Shown here piece by piece: positions 40,026 to 53,471 of a stretch of DNA of 64,000 nt. The position numbers and the translations under genes were made by a program. Origin of the DNA: the human T2T-CHM13v2.0 reference genome, Homo sapiens. Each line of letters opens with the position of its first letter. The first letter of the stretch is position 1. The notes under the pieces were generated by a model. It made no database searches, had not been told where the DNA came from, and worked only from the letters and a program-made list of their open reading frames with translations. The DNA is taken from the NCBI RefSeq assembly GCF_009914755.1, contig NC_060929.1, one strand, 5' to 3'.

Positions 40026-42076
40026 ATTTTCTATTACCCCAGTTCTGAGGTCCTAGAATTGCTTGTGGCCCAGACTTTGTGCATTATTGCAAGATTTCTA
40101 CTTAATCATAGACATATGTATTTTTAAAACTTTGTAATTCATCTATTTCAATATCCTCTCCAATGATGGAATGTTTAAAGGTCTACTTTTCTTGATTGGA
40201 CACTGAGCACAATTATTTAATGGCCGATCAGATCACTGCTGTCTGTTATGTTTTGTATGGACTCAGCATTGATGAACTACAGGGAGCACTGGCTTTTCTT
40301 CATATTCTAATACCAATTACAGATTACTGTGGTGGAAAAAATCTGTCATAATATCTTTATGGATTTTTACAAGAACCTAGTAAAGTATGATGGACCCTGT
40401 GGGTGCTTAAAAGATAGTTTAGTAGTGACTGACTACAGTAATTGAATCAATTTGAAATTAATTATTTGTATCATGATTTTTTTTCAGTTTCACAGCAAAG
40501 CAATCCTGTTGCAATTTGTTTTTGGTGTTATATACAAGCATAGTGCCCCCATGGAGATCCCAAATATATGTGAATTGATAATAAAGTGGATATTGCTCTT
40601 TCTGGCACCTGTTATAGATTTTCAAAGAAATATCACTAGTATATTATCATAGAATTTATTAAACCTGGAAGCATTTCCAAAATATATGTTTATAGTTTTA
40701 TATTTTAAACTATTCCGAGAAAGAACTCTACTCATTCGTATTCAAACCTCCTGACTGTCTCCCCTCCAATTCATTCTTGTAGTACTGTTGAGTTACATTC
40801 CCTCATTGTGACTCCAATCAAGCCATTTTTCTGCTGGAACCATATTGATGGCTCCCTACTGAATGCCAAATAAAGTCCACATTCATCAATATATGTGTGA
40901 AGTGATGAGCTCAATAGCTATTCCATAGTTTATATTCAATATTGCTCAAACTATGTTTTGTCAAATACTTGAGTCACACTGGAGGTTAATCATGTTTTAG
41001 TGGAAAAACTATTAGAATCCGAGTATGTATGGGAGATGTTGAGTTAACATAAAACCAGCTTCTTGACTTCAGGACTGTTCACAGCCTTTAAAATTCTTCA
41101 TGGGGTCTCTGAAAGGGAGATAATCTTGACTATGGGACTATATTTTCTCAAGAGAACCTGCTATTTCTACAGGAGTTTATTCTTCTCCTGCAACAAGGTG
41201 GGAGATGATAACTATAACTTAATCTTTAGCTTATTTTCATGCAATACAAGATTCTGTTCACCACCTAACTGGCTGGTTGCAGTCCTTGGTACTCAGGACA
41301 GCCCTTTAGTATTTCTAAAAGTGTATAGAATAGTACTTTACACCTCTGACAGAAATGCCTTAATGACAATTCTCTGTTTGAAAATTCACATAGCTCTGTT
41401 TCTCCAGAATTGGTCCCTGGTGACTTTGGTGATATCATGCTTTCCTGGGTGGTGTTGATGCTAGTAGATGTTCTTTGGTGTCTGGGCATTGCAGAGTTAG
41501 ACATTTATAGTAATTTTCAATGTCTGGGCTTGTTTGTACCCATATTTCTTGGGGAGTCTTTACACATATTTGAAGACTTAGGTGTTGTGATCTAAGCTGT
41601 ATCTGCTTTAAGGGGAACCCCAAGCCCATAATGCTGTGGTTCTTGCAGACCCATAGAAGTACCACCTTGATGGCCTTAGACAAGATCTGGGAGAATTCTC
41701 TGGATTACCAGGTAGAGACTCTTGCTCTCTTCCCTTACTTTCTCCCAGTCAAGTGGATTCTCTCTTTTGGAGCCACCTAAAACTGGAGGTGGAGTGACAC
41801 AAGCACCCCTGTGGCCACCACCACTATGATTGCGCTGGGTCAGACATGAAGGCAGTGCAGCACTGGGTCTCACCCAAGGCCTGCTGTAACCACTCCCTGG
41901 CTACTGCGTATGTTTGCTGAAGGCCCTGGGGCTCTGCAATCAGCTGGTGGCAAAGCCAGCCAGGCCTGTGTCCTTCCCTTCAGAGCAGCAAGTTCCCCCA
42001 GTCCCTGGATGGGTCCATAGGTGCTATCTGGGGGTCAGGGTCTAGAGTCAAAAACTTCAGAAGTCTACTTGATGTT

Positions 42077-42457
42077 TGTGATGGTTAATACTGAGTGTCA
42101 ACTTGATTGGATTGAAGGATTCAAAGTATTAATCTTGGGTGTGTCTGCGAGAGTGTTGCCAAAAGAGATTAACATTTGAGTCAGTGGGCTGGGGAAGGCA
42201 GATCCACCCTTAATCTGGTGGGCACCATCTAATCAGCTGCCAGTGAATATAAAGCAGGAAGAAAAACATTAAGAGGCAAGACAGGCCTAGCCTCCCAGCC
42301 TACATCTTTCTCCCGTGCTGGATGCTTTTTACACTTGAACATAGGACTCCAAGTTTTTCAGTTTTGGGACTTGGACTGGCTCTCCTTGCTCCTCAGCTTT
42401 CAGACAGCCTATTGTGGGACCTTGTGATCATGTAAGTCAATAGCTAATAAACTCCCC

Positions 42458-42525
<68 letters not shown>

Positions 42526-42790
42526 TATTATGTATACATTCTAAAGAACTATACATATTAAATAAAATATGTTTATTATGTAATAAACATATATACATAT
42601 TAAATTTAAAAATATACTTTTATTATGTAATAAATGTGTGTGTGTTTATATATTATAAACACACACATATATGTCTTATTAGTTCTGTCCTTCTAATATA
42701 TGTTTATCATGTAATAAATGTGTGTGTGTGTTTATATATATATATATGTCCTATTAATTCTGTCCCTCTAAGAGAACCCTGATGAATACA
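42077..42790 (+). mobile_element. MLT2A (HERVL) solo LTR
   Basis: TGTGATGGTTAATACTGAGTGTCAACTTGATTGG start, agagaaccctgatgaataca end. Confidence 0.93.
42461..42750. repeat. (AT)22(AC)10 microsatellite with AT-rich duplicated/palindromic expansion
   Basis: Read directly from sequence. Confidence 0.95.
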
Positions 42791-44259
42791 GTGGTCTATT
42801 GCACTTCAGCTGAGCTGACATTCAAACCACAAGACATTGTCCTTCCTACTCTTCTCTCCCTTTTCCAAAGGCGGAGGAACCTCACTCAGTAGCCACCACA
42901 ACCACCGGCCATGAAGAGTAATACCGGACTACCACCAATGTTCCCTTAAGGCCCAAGCGTTCTTCAGTCATCTTGTGGTGAATGCTGCCTGACCTGGGAC
43001 TCACCCTTCAGAGCAGTGGGCTCACCTGTAGCCCAAGACAGGTCCAGAAATGCTGTCTAAAAGTCAAGTCCTGGAAGTGGGGGCCCTAAGAGCCCACTTG
43101 GTGCTCTACTTGCCCGTGGCTGGGCTGGTACCTAAGGTGCAAGACAGAGTTCCCTTTACTTTTTGCTCTGCTTTTCTCAAGCAGAAGGAGTTTCACACTG
43201 TAGCCACATAGCTGGTAATGTACTGGGTCTCACCTGAAGCCAGCAAGTCTCAGAGGCTCACCTAAGACCCTCCACATATTACCTGGGTATTTTTGCTGGT
43301 TATTCAGGGCCCAAAGATTCTTCAGTTATCACGTAATGAATGCTGCTGGGACTGGGTCCTTCTCTTCATGGCAGTAGGTTCTCTTCTTGCCCAGGGTGTG
43401 TCTAGAAATGCTGTCTGAGAGCTAAGTCCTGGAATGGAGGCCTCACAACTCTGACCAGTGCCCTAGCCTATGCAAGACAGAGTCCTCCCTACTCTTCCCT
43501 CTCCTCTCCTCAAATGAACGAAAGGGATCTCTTTTGAAGCAGCAAGTTCTTCAGCCTGGAGTTAGGGGAGGGGTGATGCCAGCACCTGAGACCAGGTATC
43601 TCACTAGGTTGTGTGTCCTCCCTCACCCACCCTGGCCAGTTCATTGTCTCTGGGCCCAGTTCAGCGCTAGGACTCACCTAAGAGTTACTGTTTCTATGGC
43701 TTAGATTGCCTTTCAAGTTTACTTAAAGACCAGAGCACTTTAGCCCTCAGTGTTAAGGCTCCTGAGAACTCAAGTTCCAGCCACTGGGATCAGCCATTCC
43801 CCTCCAGCTAGGGCTGGTTTAAATGCTCCTTCCATGGATGGGCTTCTACTGAGCGTGGCTCAGTTTTCCCTTCTGCTCCAAAAGGACAACACTGAGTTCA
43901 AGGCCTCACAATTGCTCTGCTCTCCCTCCTATTGAACCTAGAGATGCTCTCTGCATCATATCACTGTCAGGGGGTTGGCAAGTGGTGGCGTCAGCGATTC
44001 AATACTTTTTTTTTTTCTATCTTTTTAGTGCCTCCTCTTTCAGCTATACAAAGATAAAACCAGGTGCTATGAGGGCTAACCTGATTTTTGGTTCTTATGA
44101 AGGTGTTATTTTTTGTGTAGATAGTTGTTAAGCTGGTGTCCTTGTGGGTGTTGTAGGGGGTGACAGGTGGAGCACTGTACTCCACCATCTTCCTCTGCCT
44201 CTCCTCCTTAATGACACTTCTCTGGTTAACTCATAATCACCTGCAAGAGTATGACCAGA

Positions 44260-44480
44260 GGTGAGCTCATCATGGAAGCCTTTCCTGAAATCCCAGTATG
44301 TGCAGTAATATCCCTTTTCAGAGATCCTACCACATTATATTGACATTGTCTCTTTAGTTGTTTATTTCCTCCACTGCCTCCAGTGCACTGAGAATAGAGA
44401 ATGTGTTTATTTATCTTCATATACTTGATGACTTATGTCATACCTAGAAAATAGCAGGAACTTGATAATTATGTCGAAAT
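44260..44480 (+). mobile_element. L2 3' fragment
   Basis: ggaagcctttcctga...gtttatttatcttcatat...tagcaggaact. Confidence 0.55.
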
Positions 44481-45184
44481 AAACTAAAGGTACCAGATGA
44501 TATATATTTGAAAAGTGGACTATGGACACTATTTTCACATTATGATTTACATACATGAGCATATTCTTTAGTTTATATAGTAATGCATGTCTGTGAAAAC
44601 AGAGGGAATTAGGATAAAATAAATCGTTGCTAAAAATATATTATTTTCATCCTGTATGTGATAGGCACTCTCTAATTCAGTAATCTGTTAGATTTCCTTC
44701 CTTTTTAAAGCATGTATTTCGGATATTAACAAAGAGACACTAATGTTATTTAAAACTGTTTTGAAATGCTTAAGAAACCATATGCACAGACTAGTGTTGC
44801 TAATGAGTTTAGTGATTTCATTAGCTCTTTTGCAGTAGTGCCCTGTGATGATTTAGCAAATGGCAGTAAAGAAAGAGGCAATGACGGTAGCTAAAAAGTT
44901 TACTTCTTTTGTTGCTTCTTGGACTTTGGCTGATGCTATGAATACAGAGCGTGGATGGAGGAGACCACAAGCTGTGTCTCTTTTCTCTCTATCAGCTGAT
45001 GGTTGGAAGGAGTCCCAATATACCCAAACCAAGAGAATCCACTGCATGCAGAGAATATCTCTCTTGTCTTAAAAAGGCATGAATATCTTCTTTTAGGAAA
45101 TACAAAAGTAATTGTTTAACTCTATGTCAGTTGATTTCAACAGGTATATTCCTGGAAATTATTAATTTTCCTAATGCTTTCTGA

Positions 45185-45720
45185 ATAATCCTTTGTTTAG
45201 TGATATAGAATATTAAAAAGTGGCTTAAATAATTTCTTCCCTCAAAGAACATACCATATAATTGGGGAAAGAGAGTAAACTCTCAAATAACTACAAGCAA
45301 TTCAACATTAGGATACCTGCATTTTGAATAATACAAAATGCTTAAGAGTGTATAGGATTGTTTCCATATGAGCTTCCCAAGGAGGTATTTGTGGAAGAAG
45401 GAACATTTGAACCAGACCATGGCTCAAGTTAGTAATAGAAAATTGAAGACTAAGGAGGGAATTCAAGGCAGAAATAGCAAATGGACACAGACATAGAGAT
45501 GGCTAATGATGGCATATGTCCAGGGAGTGTCCTGTAATCCAGTTGAGCTGAAGTGTGTGCTTTAGGTAGGGAAACAGTGGTGAATCAGACTAGACTACTT
45601 GTCTTGGATTAACATTGATCACAGTCTTAAATATTAAACTCTTCATACTTAAAAAAAACAAAAATCAGAAGTCATTGAAGGTGTAAGGGCAGAAAATTTT
45701 ATATTAACAGTGGGTACCAG
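45185..45720 (-). mobile_element. L2 fragment
   Basis: ccctcaaagaacatac...attcaaggcagaaatagcaa...gaagtcattgaagg. Confidence 0.55.
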
Positions 45721-46279
45721 AGTTTCTGTTAGGGCAAAAATTGTCTGTCATTGGAAAAAATATCTGGACTTTTAAATCAGGGTGGCAGAATTAACATATG
45801 GTTAAAAATTGTACCTTTCATGGCAAAGATAGAAGATGCTGGAAAATGGGACAGAGTGGAACATGCTAAGAAGTAAAATAGTGCAAAATTCTCCATATGT
45901 TTTTTAAAAAAATTAGAAACACTGATTTTTTTAAAAAATAAATGTATTAGTTTATATTTTGTATTAAGAATATAAAGAGTGACAATTTGCATTTTTAGAG
46001 ATAGATTGGTAGAGTAAAATGTGGTTAATTCAATAGGTGCTATGGAAATAGTAAAATGCTGAGAAAGGCAAATGAAAAATATATGAAAAACAGCAAAAAA
46101 AAGGAAATATATGTTGAAATATATCAGTAATCACAATGTATTGTAATATAATTTATTAAAGGTGTGAAATAAGAGATTGAACTTTTTTAAAAATTAAAAT
46201 ATATGCATGCTCTTTATGAGTCAATTAAATACTCAACATATTAATAGAAATGTTGCAAATATATATTTTAAAATTAAAG

Positions 46280-46787
46280 TAATGGTTCTTGACTGCTTTC
46301 GTTTCAGCAGCTTTTGAATTCTTAAAAAATATTAAGAACCTGAAAGAGTTTCTGTTCATATGGTTTATATTCACTGGTATTTACCTTACTAAATTCAAAA
46401 CAGAGATATTAAAAGAAACAGTTTTAGTGCCTTTAAAAATAACAATAAACCCCTTATATATCAATATAAATAACTTTTTTGAAGAATAACTTTTTTTAAA
46501 ACAAAAATAAATTAGTTTGAAGAATTGCATTGATTTACAATATTAATCATTTTTAATATCTTAGTTAATAGAGAGTGGTTAGATCCTCAGAGCTGTGCCT
46601 ACATTCAATCTGTTGCCATACCACGTCACGTAATATTTGGGAAACTCCACCATCACTCATAAGATATGGAGAATAGTTAAAAAAAGACATCTTAGCATTA
46701 TCAAGAAAATAGTTTTGCTGTCACAGAATCTCTGAAAGGGTCTCAGTGGCCTCCAGGAATCCCTGGACAACACTTTGTGGACTGCTA
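46280..46787. mobile_element. hAT-Charlie DNA transposon remnant
   Basis: Degenerate TIR-like ends taatggttctt / cactttgtggactgcta; internal aaagagtttctgttcatatgg and gaaaatagttttg..tgaaagggtctc. Confidence 0.65.
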
Positions 46788-48300
46788 CTATTAAGAAAGC
46801 TGGAGGGCAATATTATTGTCAGGCAAAATTAACTTAATGTGAAAAACATTTAGAAAAAACAAAGGGGAGAAGTTTGTGCAAAAAAGAAGCAATATCAGGA
46901 AGATATAATTATTACAGACTTTCATGGACTTAACATCAGAATTTTGAAATATATCAAGAAAAATTTGATAGAACCACAACAAATTACTTAGAACTTCATA
47001 ATCATTCCAGGAGATTATACTCTCACATAATCATCAGAAGAGAAATAATTATTGACATAAATGATTTAGTAATACAGTTGGTAAGTTTGAGCTAATAGGT
47101 ACACAAAGAACTTTACAGAGCCAAAATAGAGAACACATTCTTTTAAAACAATGAAATTATTGAAAAACTTTGTTTATGTATTTGAAAGCCTAGAAGAAAT
47201 TGATAGTTTTCTAGAAACATATACATTACTAAAATTGAACAAGATGTTTTTAAAATATATAAACCTTGATGGTATATTAGGCCATGAAAAGAATCTCAAC
47301 AAATTCAAATTATTAGCCTTTTATAGATCATATTTTCTGAGCATGATGCTTGAAATTAAATACCAACAACTATGAGATAGTGACAAAAATCTCCATACAT
47401 TTGAAACTTTAAAAATGGACTTCTCAATAATTCATGATTTAAATAGAAAATCATAGGAAAAATTAGGTGGTCCTTATATTACTTTGGAGTAGAACTATTA
47501 TCTTAAATTTATTTCTTCAGAGACAGACACTGATGGTAACTAAGCTAATTAATTAACTCAAAAGTTGGGTGGGATTGAAAAGAAATATAACTAAATACAA
47601 AGAAGAAAATAAAAAATAAAAAATTTAAATTTAATGAATTTAAAAACAGACTAACAATTGGAAAAACAAATGTGGAGAAAACCAAAGTACTTATCTTTTT
47701 CTTAAATAATGATAAATGAAACTCTGGCAAAGTTGCAGAAAGGAAAAAATTGATTTATAATATTAGAAATAAAATGGACTCCATAGGCAAGTAGGCATAG
47801 TTTTTAAAAAATGTTATAAACAATCTGAAAAAAGTTATAAACAATGTGAAAAACTAGGTGAAATGAAAAATTTTTTAGAAACATGGAAATCACCAAAATT
47901 AATAACTATGTTTTTTTTTAAAAAACCTGACCAGATGAAACAGTGTACAAGAATAAAATCAGTAGCAAAAATTTCCTCCACTATGTGCTGCCAAATCCAA
48001 ATGTTGTTATGGGTTTTAGTAAAATTTGAAGAATAGAATTTTTCTATCACATGCAACCTGTTATTTATATTGGAAAAGAGAGCTACAAAAAATTTAGCAG
48101 GACAGGATAACATTGATATCTAAACTAGACAAACAAACAAAACTATTAGCTAATTTCATTTAACAAAAATTCTAAATAAAATGTTAAATTAAATCCAACC
48201 ATATGTTAACACATACTCACAGATTCATACAAACACATGTACAAATACATTACCTAACAGACTATGTCTTGGGAGTTTATGGATAATTCACTATATAAAA

Positions 48301-49339
48301 AAGACTTGATGACCAAGAACCCAAAACCAAATGCAACAAAAACAAAGATAAATATGTGGGACCTAATTAAACTAAAGAGCTTCTGCACAGCAAAAGGAAT
48401 AGTCAGCAAGTAAACAGACATCCTACAAAGTGGGAGAAAATCTTCACAATCTATATATCTGACAAAGGACTAATATCCGGAATCTACAAGAAACTCAAAC
48501 AAATTAGCAAGCAAAAAACAAATAATCCATCAAAAAGTCAGCTAAGGGCATGAATAAGCAATTCCCAAAAGACATGCAAATGCCAACAAACATATGATAA
48601 GGTGCTCAACATCACTAATTATCCGGGAAATACAAATCAAAACCATAATGTGATACCACCTTACTTCTGCAAGAATGTCCATAATCAAAAAATAATAGAT
48701 GTTGGCATGGACGCGGTGAAAAAGGAACACTTCTACACTGCTGGTGGGAAGGTAAACCAGTAAGACCGTTATGAAAGCCAGAGTGGAGAGTCCTTAAAGA
48801 ACTAAAAGTAGAACTACCATTTGATCCAGCAGTCCCATTACTGGGTATCTACCCAGAGGAAAATAAATCATTACACAAAAAAGATATTTGCACACACATG
48901 TTTATAGCAGCATAATTCACAATTGCAAAAATATGAAACCAGCCCAAATTCCCATCAATCAATGAGTGGATAAAGAAATTGTGGTACATATATATATATG
49001 ATGGAATATTATTCAGCCATAAAAAGCTGCATTCGCTGCAACCTTGATGGAGCTGGAGACTATTATTCTTAGTGAAGTAACTCAGGAATGGAAAACCAAA
49101 CATTGTATGTTCTTACTTATAGGCAGGAGCATATGAGGATGCAAAGGCATAAAAATGATACAATGGACTTTGGGGACTCAGGGAGAGGGTGGAAGGGGGG
49201 TGATGGATAAAAGACTATAGATTGGGTTCAGTGTACACTGCTTGGTGATGAGTGCACCAAAATCTCAACAGTCATCACTGAAGAATTTACTCATGTAACC
49301 AGATACCACCTGTTTCTCCAAAAAACTATGGAAAAAAAA
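48301..49339 (+). mobile_element. L1PB1-like 3' fragment
   Basis: Homologous, in inverted orientation, to 19830-21560; gacctaattaaactaaagagcttctgcac; 3' end gtgcaccaaaatctca...ctatggaaaaaa. Confidence 0.9.
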
Positions 49340-52300
49340 TCTATCAATATAATTCAACACATTCAAGGATTAAAGGAGGAAAACATGATCAGATCGGTAG
49401 ATACAAAACCAACACTAAAAGTTCAATAATTACTCATTATAAAAGAACTCTGAAGTTAGAATTATGAGGGATCTGGCTTGGCCTTATAGAAGGTAGCAAC
49501 TAATAACCTTCTGTAAAAGCCATACTTTGCAGTGAAAACTTAGAAGCATTTCTGTGTGACTCAGGAATAAGATAAGATTACACCTTTCCTGCAGACAGAT
49601 CAATATGTAAAGGGGAAACAAGAGGTATATAATATGAAAGAAATAGACTAAATTTACATCATTTTATAGATAATATAATCTGCATAGAATATCCAAGATT
49701 ATTAATAAGCAAAACTTCAGAAATTACAAAAGAATTTAGAAAAGTGTAAATTCTTCAAAATTAACATAAAATTAAAAGTAATAGCACTTCTTTATAGACA
49801 TTACTCTTGCTCACTGCTTTTTCTTTTCTTCCTAGATAACATAGAGAACTATATTTCCCCAGTTTTTTCAGAGCCAAACAGAGACACATGGCTAGATCTT
49901 TCAGGGGTTATTTCTCCAGAATGTTTCTCAGATAGACTTGTTTTATTTTTGAATGACAATTGCATATTGAACTCAATATGCCTACCCATCCTTAAAGATG
50001 AAGGTCATTTCACATACCTGGCTCATTCCTGTAAGAGCAATTCTTTCCTGGGAGGCTCCTTAGCCCATGCAAAATAAATTTTGCAAGGCTTTTGTGTTTC
50101 CCACTAATTAATGTCCAGTCAAATCTAAACCTTATGAGTGGATATAGTTTAAGTATCACCTGGCAAACCTGATATTGATCCATTTCAATATCAGAGTTAA
50201 ACAGAGTTAAAGATTCTAAATAAAAGCAAAAAATTGATAGCTAAATTGTTTCCACTGAGAGTTTCTTCAATAAAAGCACTTTTAAATCAGAACTAAAAAT
50301 ATCTATTGTGAGGTCAGGCACTTAGCATATACCCTTAAATGATAAACACTTATTCACCTTTAGTGGATATAAATGGCTGTGACATGATGCAGCCCACATC
50401 CAAAATTTTATTTTAAAATCTCAGCATTATGAAAGATCAAAATACATTTGGTGTTGGTGTGTTTTGTTTCTCTCATAATTCCACTTCTAATTTTAGCCTG
50501 CCTTCTTTCCATATCCTGTAGCTTTTCAAGATGTTTGGTTGTACAACTTAGTTGAGATTCCTCAAGAGAGGAATCTCATTGCTCAAGAGAGGAAAATCAT
50601 TGCACGAAAGACAACTACTGGTTTTTAAAGATATTTACTATGGCTATATTTGAGCCACTTGTGATGTCAGTATTGGTCAGTGTGTGGGCAGAAGGCTAAA
50701 GATGACCCCCCAAGATTCCTGTCCTCTGGTTATTTAATCAAATGCTAATCTAGACACTGCTGGGAAGGTTTTTTGCAGATAACTTAAGGGTACTAATTAG
50801 TTGACTTTTAGGGGAATGCTCTTGGATTATCTGGTTAGGTTCAATGTCTCATTGAGTCTTTAAAAGCAGGAGAGGAAGTCAGAGAGATTTCAAACATGAG
50901 AAAGATTAAATGCACTGTTGCAGGCTCTGACATGGAGGAACCCCCGTGAAATAATTGGAGAGAAGCCTCTAGGAGCTGAGGGTTGCCCCCAGCTGAAAGC
51001 CAGCAAAGAAATAAGACCTCAGCCTTACAATTCCAAGAAACTGGATTCTGCCAACAACCTGATTGAGCTTGGAAGAGGGTCCTTCTTGGGGACTCTCAAT
51101 AAGAGACCAGTGAGCTGATAATTTGATTATGTCCTTGTGGTTTCTAGAGCAGTAAAACTAGTGGAGTCAATCTATATATCTGACCTACAGAACCATGGGA
51201 TAATGGATGTTTGTTGTTGTTGTTGTTGTTGTTGTTGTTTTATTTTTTTTAATAGTTTTGGGTTCACAGCAAAATTATGAGGAAGGTACAGAGATTTTCA
51301 ATACATCTCCTGCCCCTTCACATGCACAGCCTTTCCCATTATCAATACCCACGACCTAAGTGCTACATTTGTTACAATTAATGACCCTACATTGACATAT
51401 TATAATCACCCAAAGTCCATAGTTTACATTAGAGTTCACTCTTGGTGTTGTACATTCTATGGGTTTGAACAAATATAATGACACATATCCACCATTATCG
51501 TATGATAAAGAGTGTTTTCACATCCCTAAAAGTCCTCTGTATTAATCTCTCACTTCTCCCAGCCTCTGACTACTGATCTTTTTACTCTCTCCATAGCTTT
51601 GCTTTTTCCAGAATGCCATATTGTTGGAATCATATGGTATGTAGCTGTCTCAGATTGGCTTCTTGCACTTAATAATACACATTTAAGTTCCCTTTATATC
51701 TTTACATGGCTTGACAGCTCATTTCTTTTTAGTACTGAATATTCCATTATCTGGATGTACCACAGTTTACCCATTAAAGTACTGAAGGACATCGTGGTTG
51801 TTTCCAAGTTTTGGTGATTATTAATAAAGCTGGTATAAACATTCATGCGCAGGTTTTTGTACAAACATGCTTTTTTCAAATCCTTCGGATAAATACCAAG
51901 GAGTGGGATTGCTGGATCATAAGGTAAGTGTATATTTATTTTGTAAGAAAATGCCAAACTGTGTTCCAAAGTGACTACAACATTTTGCATTCCTACCAGC
52001 AGTGAATTAGAGTTCCCTGTTGCTCCACATCTTTACCAGCACTTGTGTTGTCAGTGGCCTAGGTTTCAGCTATTCTGAAGGTGTGTATCTGTATCTCATT
52101 GTTGTTTTAACTTGTACTCCCCTGATGACAATGATTGTGGAGTATCTTTTTATATGCTTATTTGCTGTCTCTATATCTTCTTTGGTGAGGTGGCTGTTAA
52201 GTACATTTGTACATTTTTCAATTTTTGGTACATTTTTGGTACATTTAGTACATTTTTCAATTGGGTTGTTGGTTTTCTTACTGCATTATTGGGTAGAATA

Positions 52301-53329
52301 TTTTAAGCATTCTTTGTATATTTTGGATAACAGTCCTTTATCAAATATGTCTTTTGCAAATAATTTCCCCAACTCTTTGGGTTGTCTTCTCATTCTCTTG
52401 ACATTGTTTTTTTTTTTTACAGAGCAGATGTTTTTAATTTTAATAAAGTCCAACTTATTAATTATTCCATGGATCATGCCTTTGGTGTTATATCTAAAAG
52501 TCATTGCTGAATCCAAGGTAGATTTTCTCCTATATTATTTTTGAATATTTTACCATTTTGTTTTTTACATTAGGCTATGATCTATTTTGTGGTAGTTCTT
52601 GTGAAGGGTGTGAGGTCTGTGTCTAGATTCATTTTCTTGCATATGAATGTCCACTTGTTTCAGCACTATTTGTTGAAAAAAAAAACTATCTTTTGTCCAT
52701 TGTATAGTCTGTGCTCCTTTGTCAAAAGTTGATTGATTAGATTTACGTGGGTCTATTTCTGGGCTCTTCTTTCTGTTCTATGAATCTGTCTATTCTTTCA
52801 CTGATACCACACTATCTTGATTACTATAGCTTTACAGTAAGCCTTGAGGTCAGGTAGTGTGAGTTCTCCAACTTTATTCTTCTTTTAAAATATTTTGTTG
52901 TCTATTCTGGGTCTTTTGCCTCTCTGTATAAACTTTAGAATCAGTTTGCCAATATCAACAAAATAACTTTCTGGGATTTTGATTGGGATTGCATGGAATC
53001 TATAAATTAAGTTGGGAAGAATGGGCATTGTGACATTATTGAGTATTCCCACCCATGAATATAGCATATTTCTCTATTTAGTTCTTCTTTGCTATCTTCC
53101 ATTAGAGTTTTGCAGTTTTCCTCATACACATGTTGTACATATTTTGTTAGATTTATTCCTAAGTATTTCATTTTTGGTGGTGTTAAGGTAAATGATATTA
53201 TGTTTTTAATTTCAAATTCCACTTGTTCATTACTGGTACTATTATATCCCTTTATCATTATGCAAAGCTTTTCTTTATCCATAATAACTTTCCTTGATTT
53301 GATGCCTGTTCTGTCTGAAATTAATTCCT

Positions 53330-53471
53330 TGTTTCTTTTCTATTCTTTATGTCTTTTGATTAGTTATTTCTTTTCTACTTGATTCCTTATTTCTTTTGAT
53401 TATTTCTTTTCTGTTTGATTCCTTATTCTTTATTCCTTTTTTCTATTTTTGATTCCTTATTTCTTTTGATT
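53330..53471. repeat. Degenerate T-rich tandem repeat
   Basis: ttgattccttatt(tcttttgatt) recurs three times at about 35-bp spacing. Confidence 0.7.

Larger units (their letters stand above)
41368..44205 (-). mobile_element. Old L1 (L1MA/L1M2-type) 5'UTR plus first part of ORF1 only, split by MLT2A
   Basis: L1 5' start aagatggtggag on minus strand at about 44190; ORF1-like TNSGETELCEFSNRE at left end; 19-bp flanking direct repeat. Confidence 0.85.
45900..49800 (+). mobile_element. Ancient L1M ORF2 remnants (host of Charlie and L1PB1)
   Basis: A-rich; aatctcaacaaattcaaa, aatataattcaacacatt, ttagaagcatttc motifs; boundaries approximate. Confidence 0.6.

Noticed and set aside
52200-52262. GTACATTT micro-repeats in L1MC
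   Set aside because: Ordinary slippage expansion with no functional signal
52020-52544. 174-aa membrane-protein-like ORF
   Set aside because: Antisense of A-rich L1 gives Phe/Leu/Ile-rich pseudo-transmembrane ORFs
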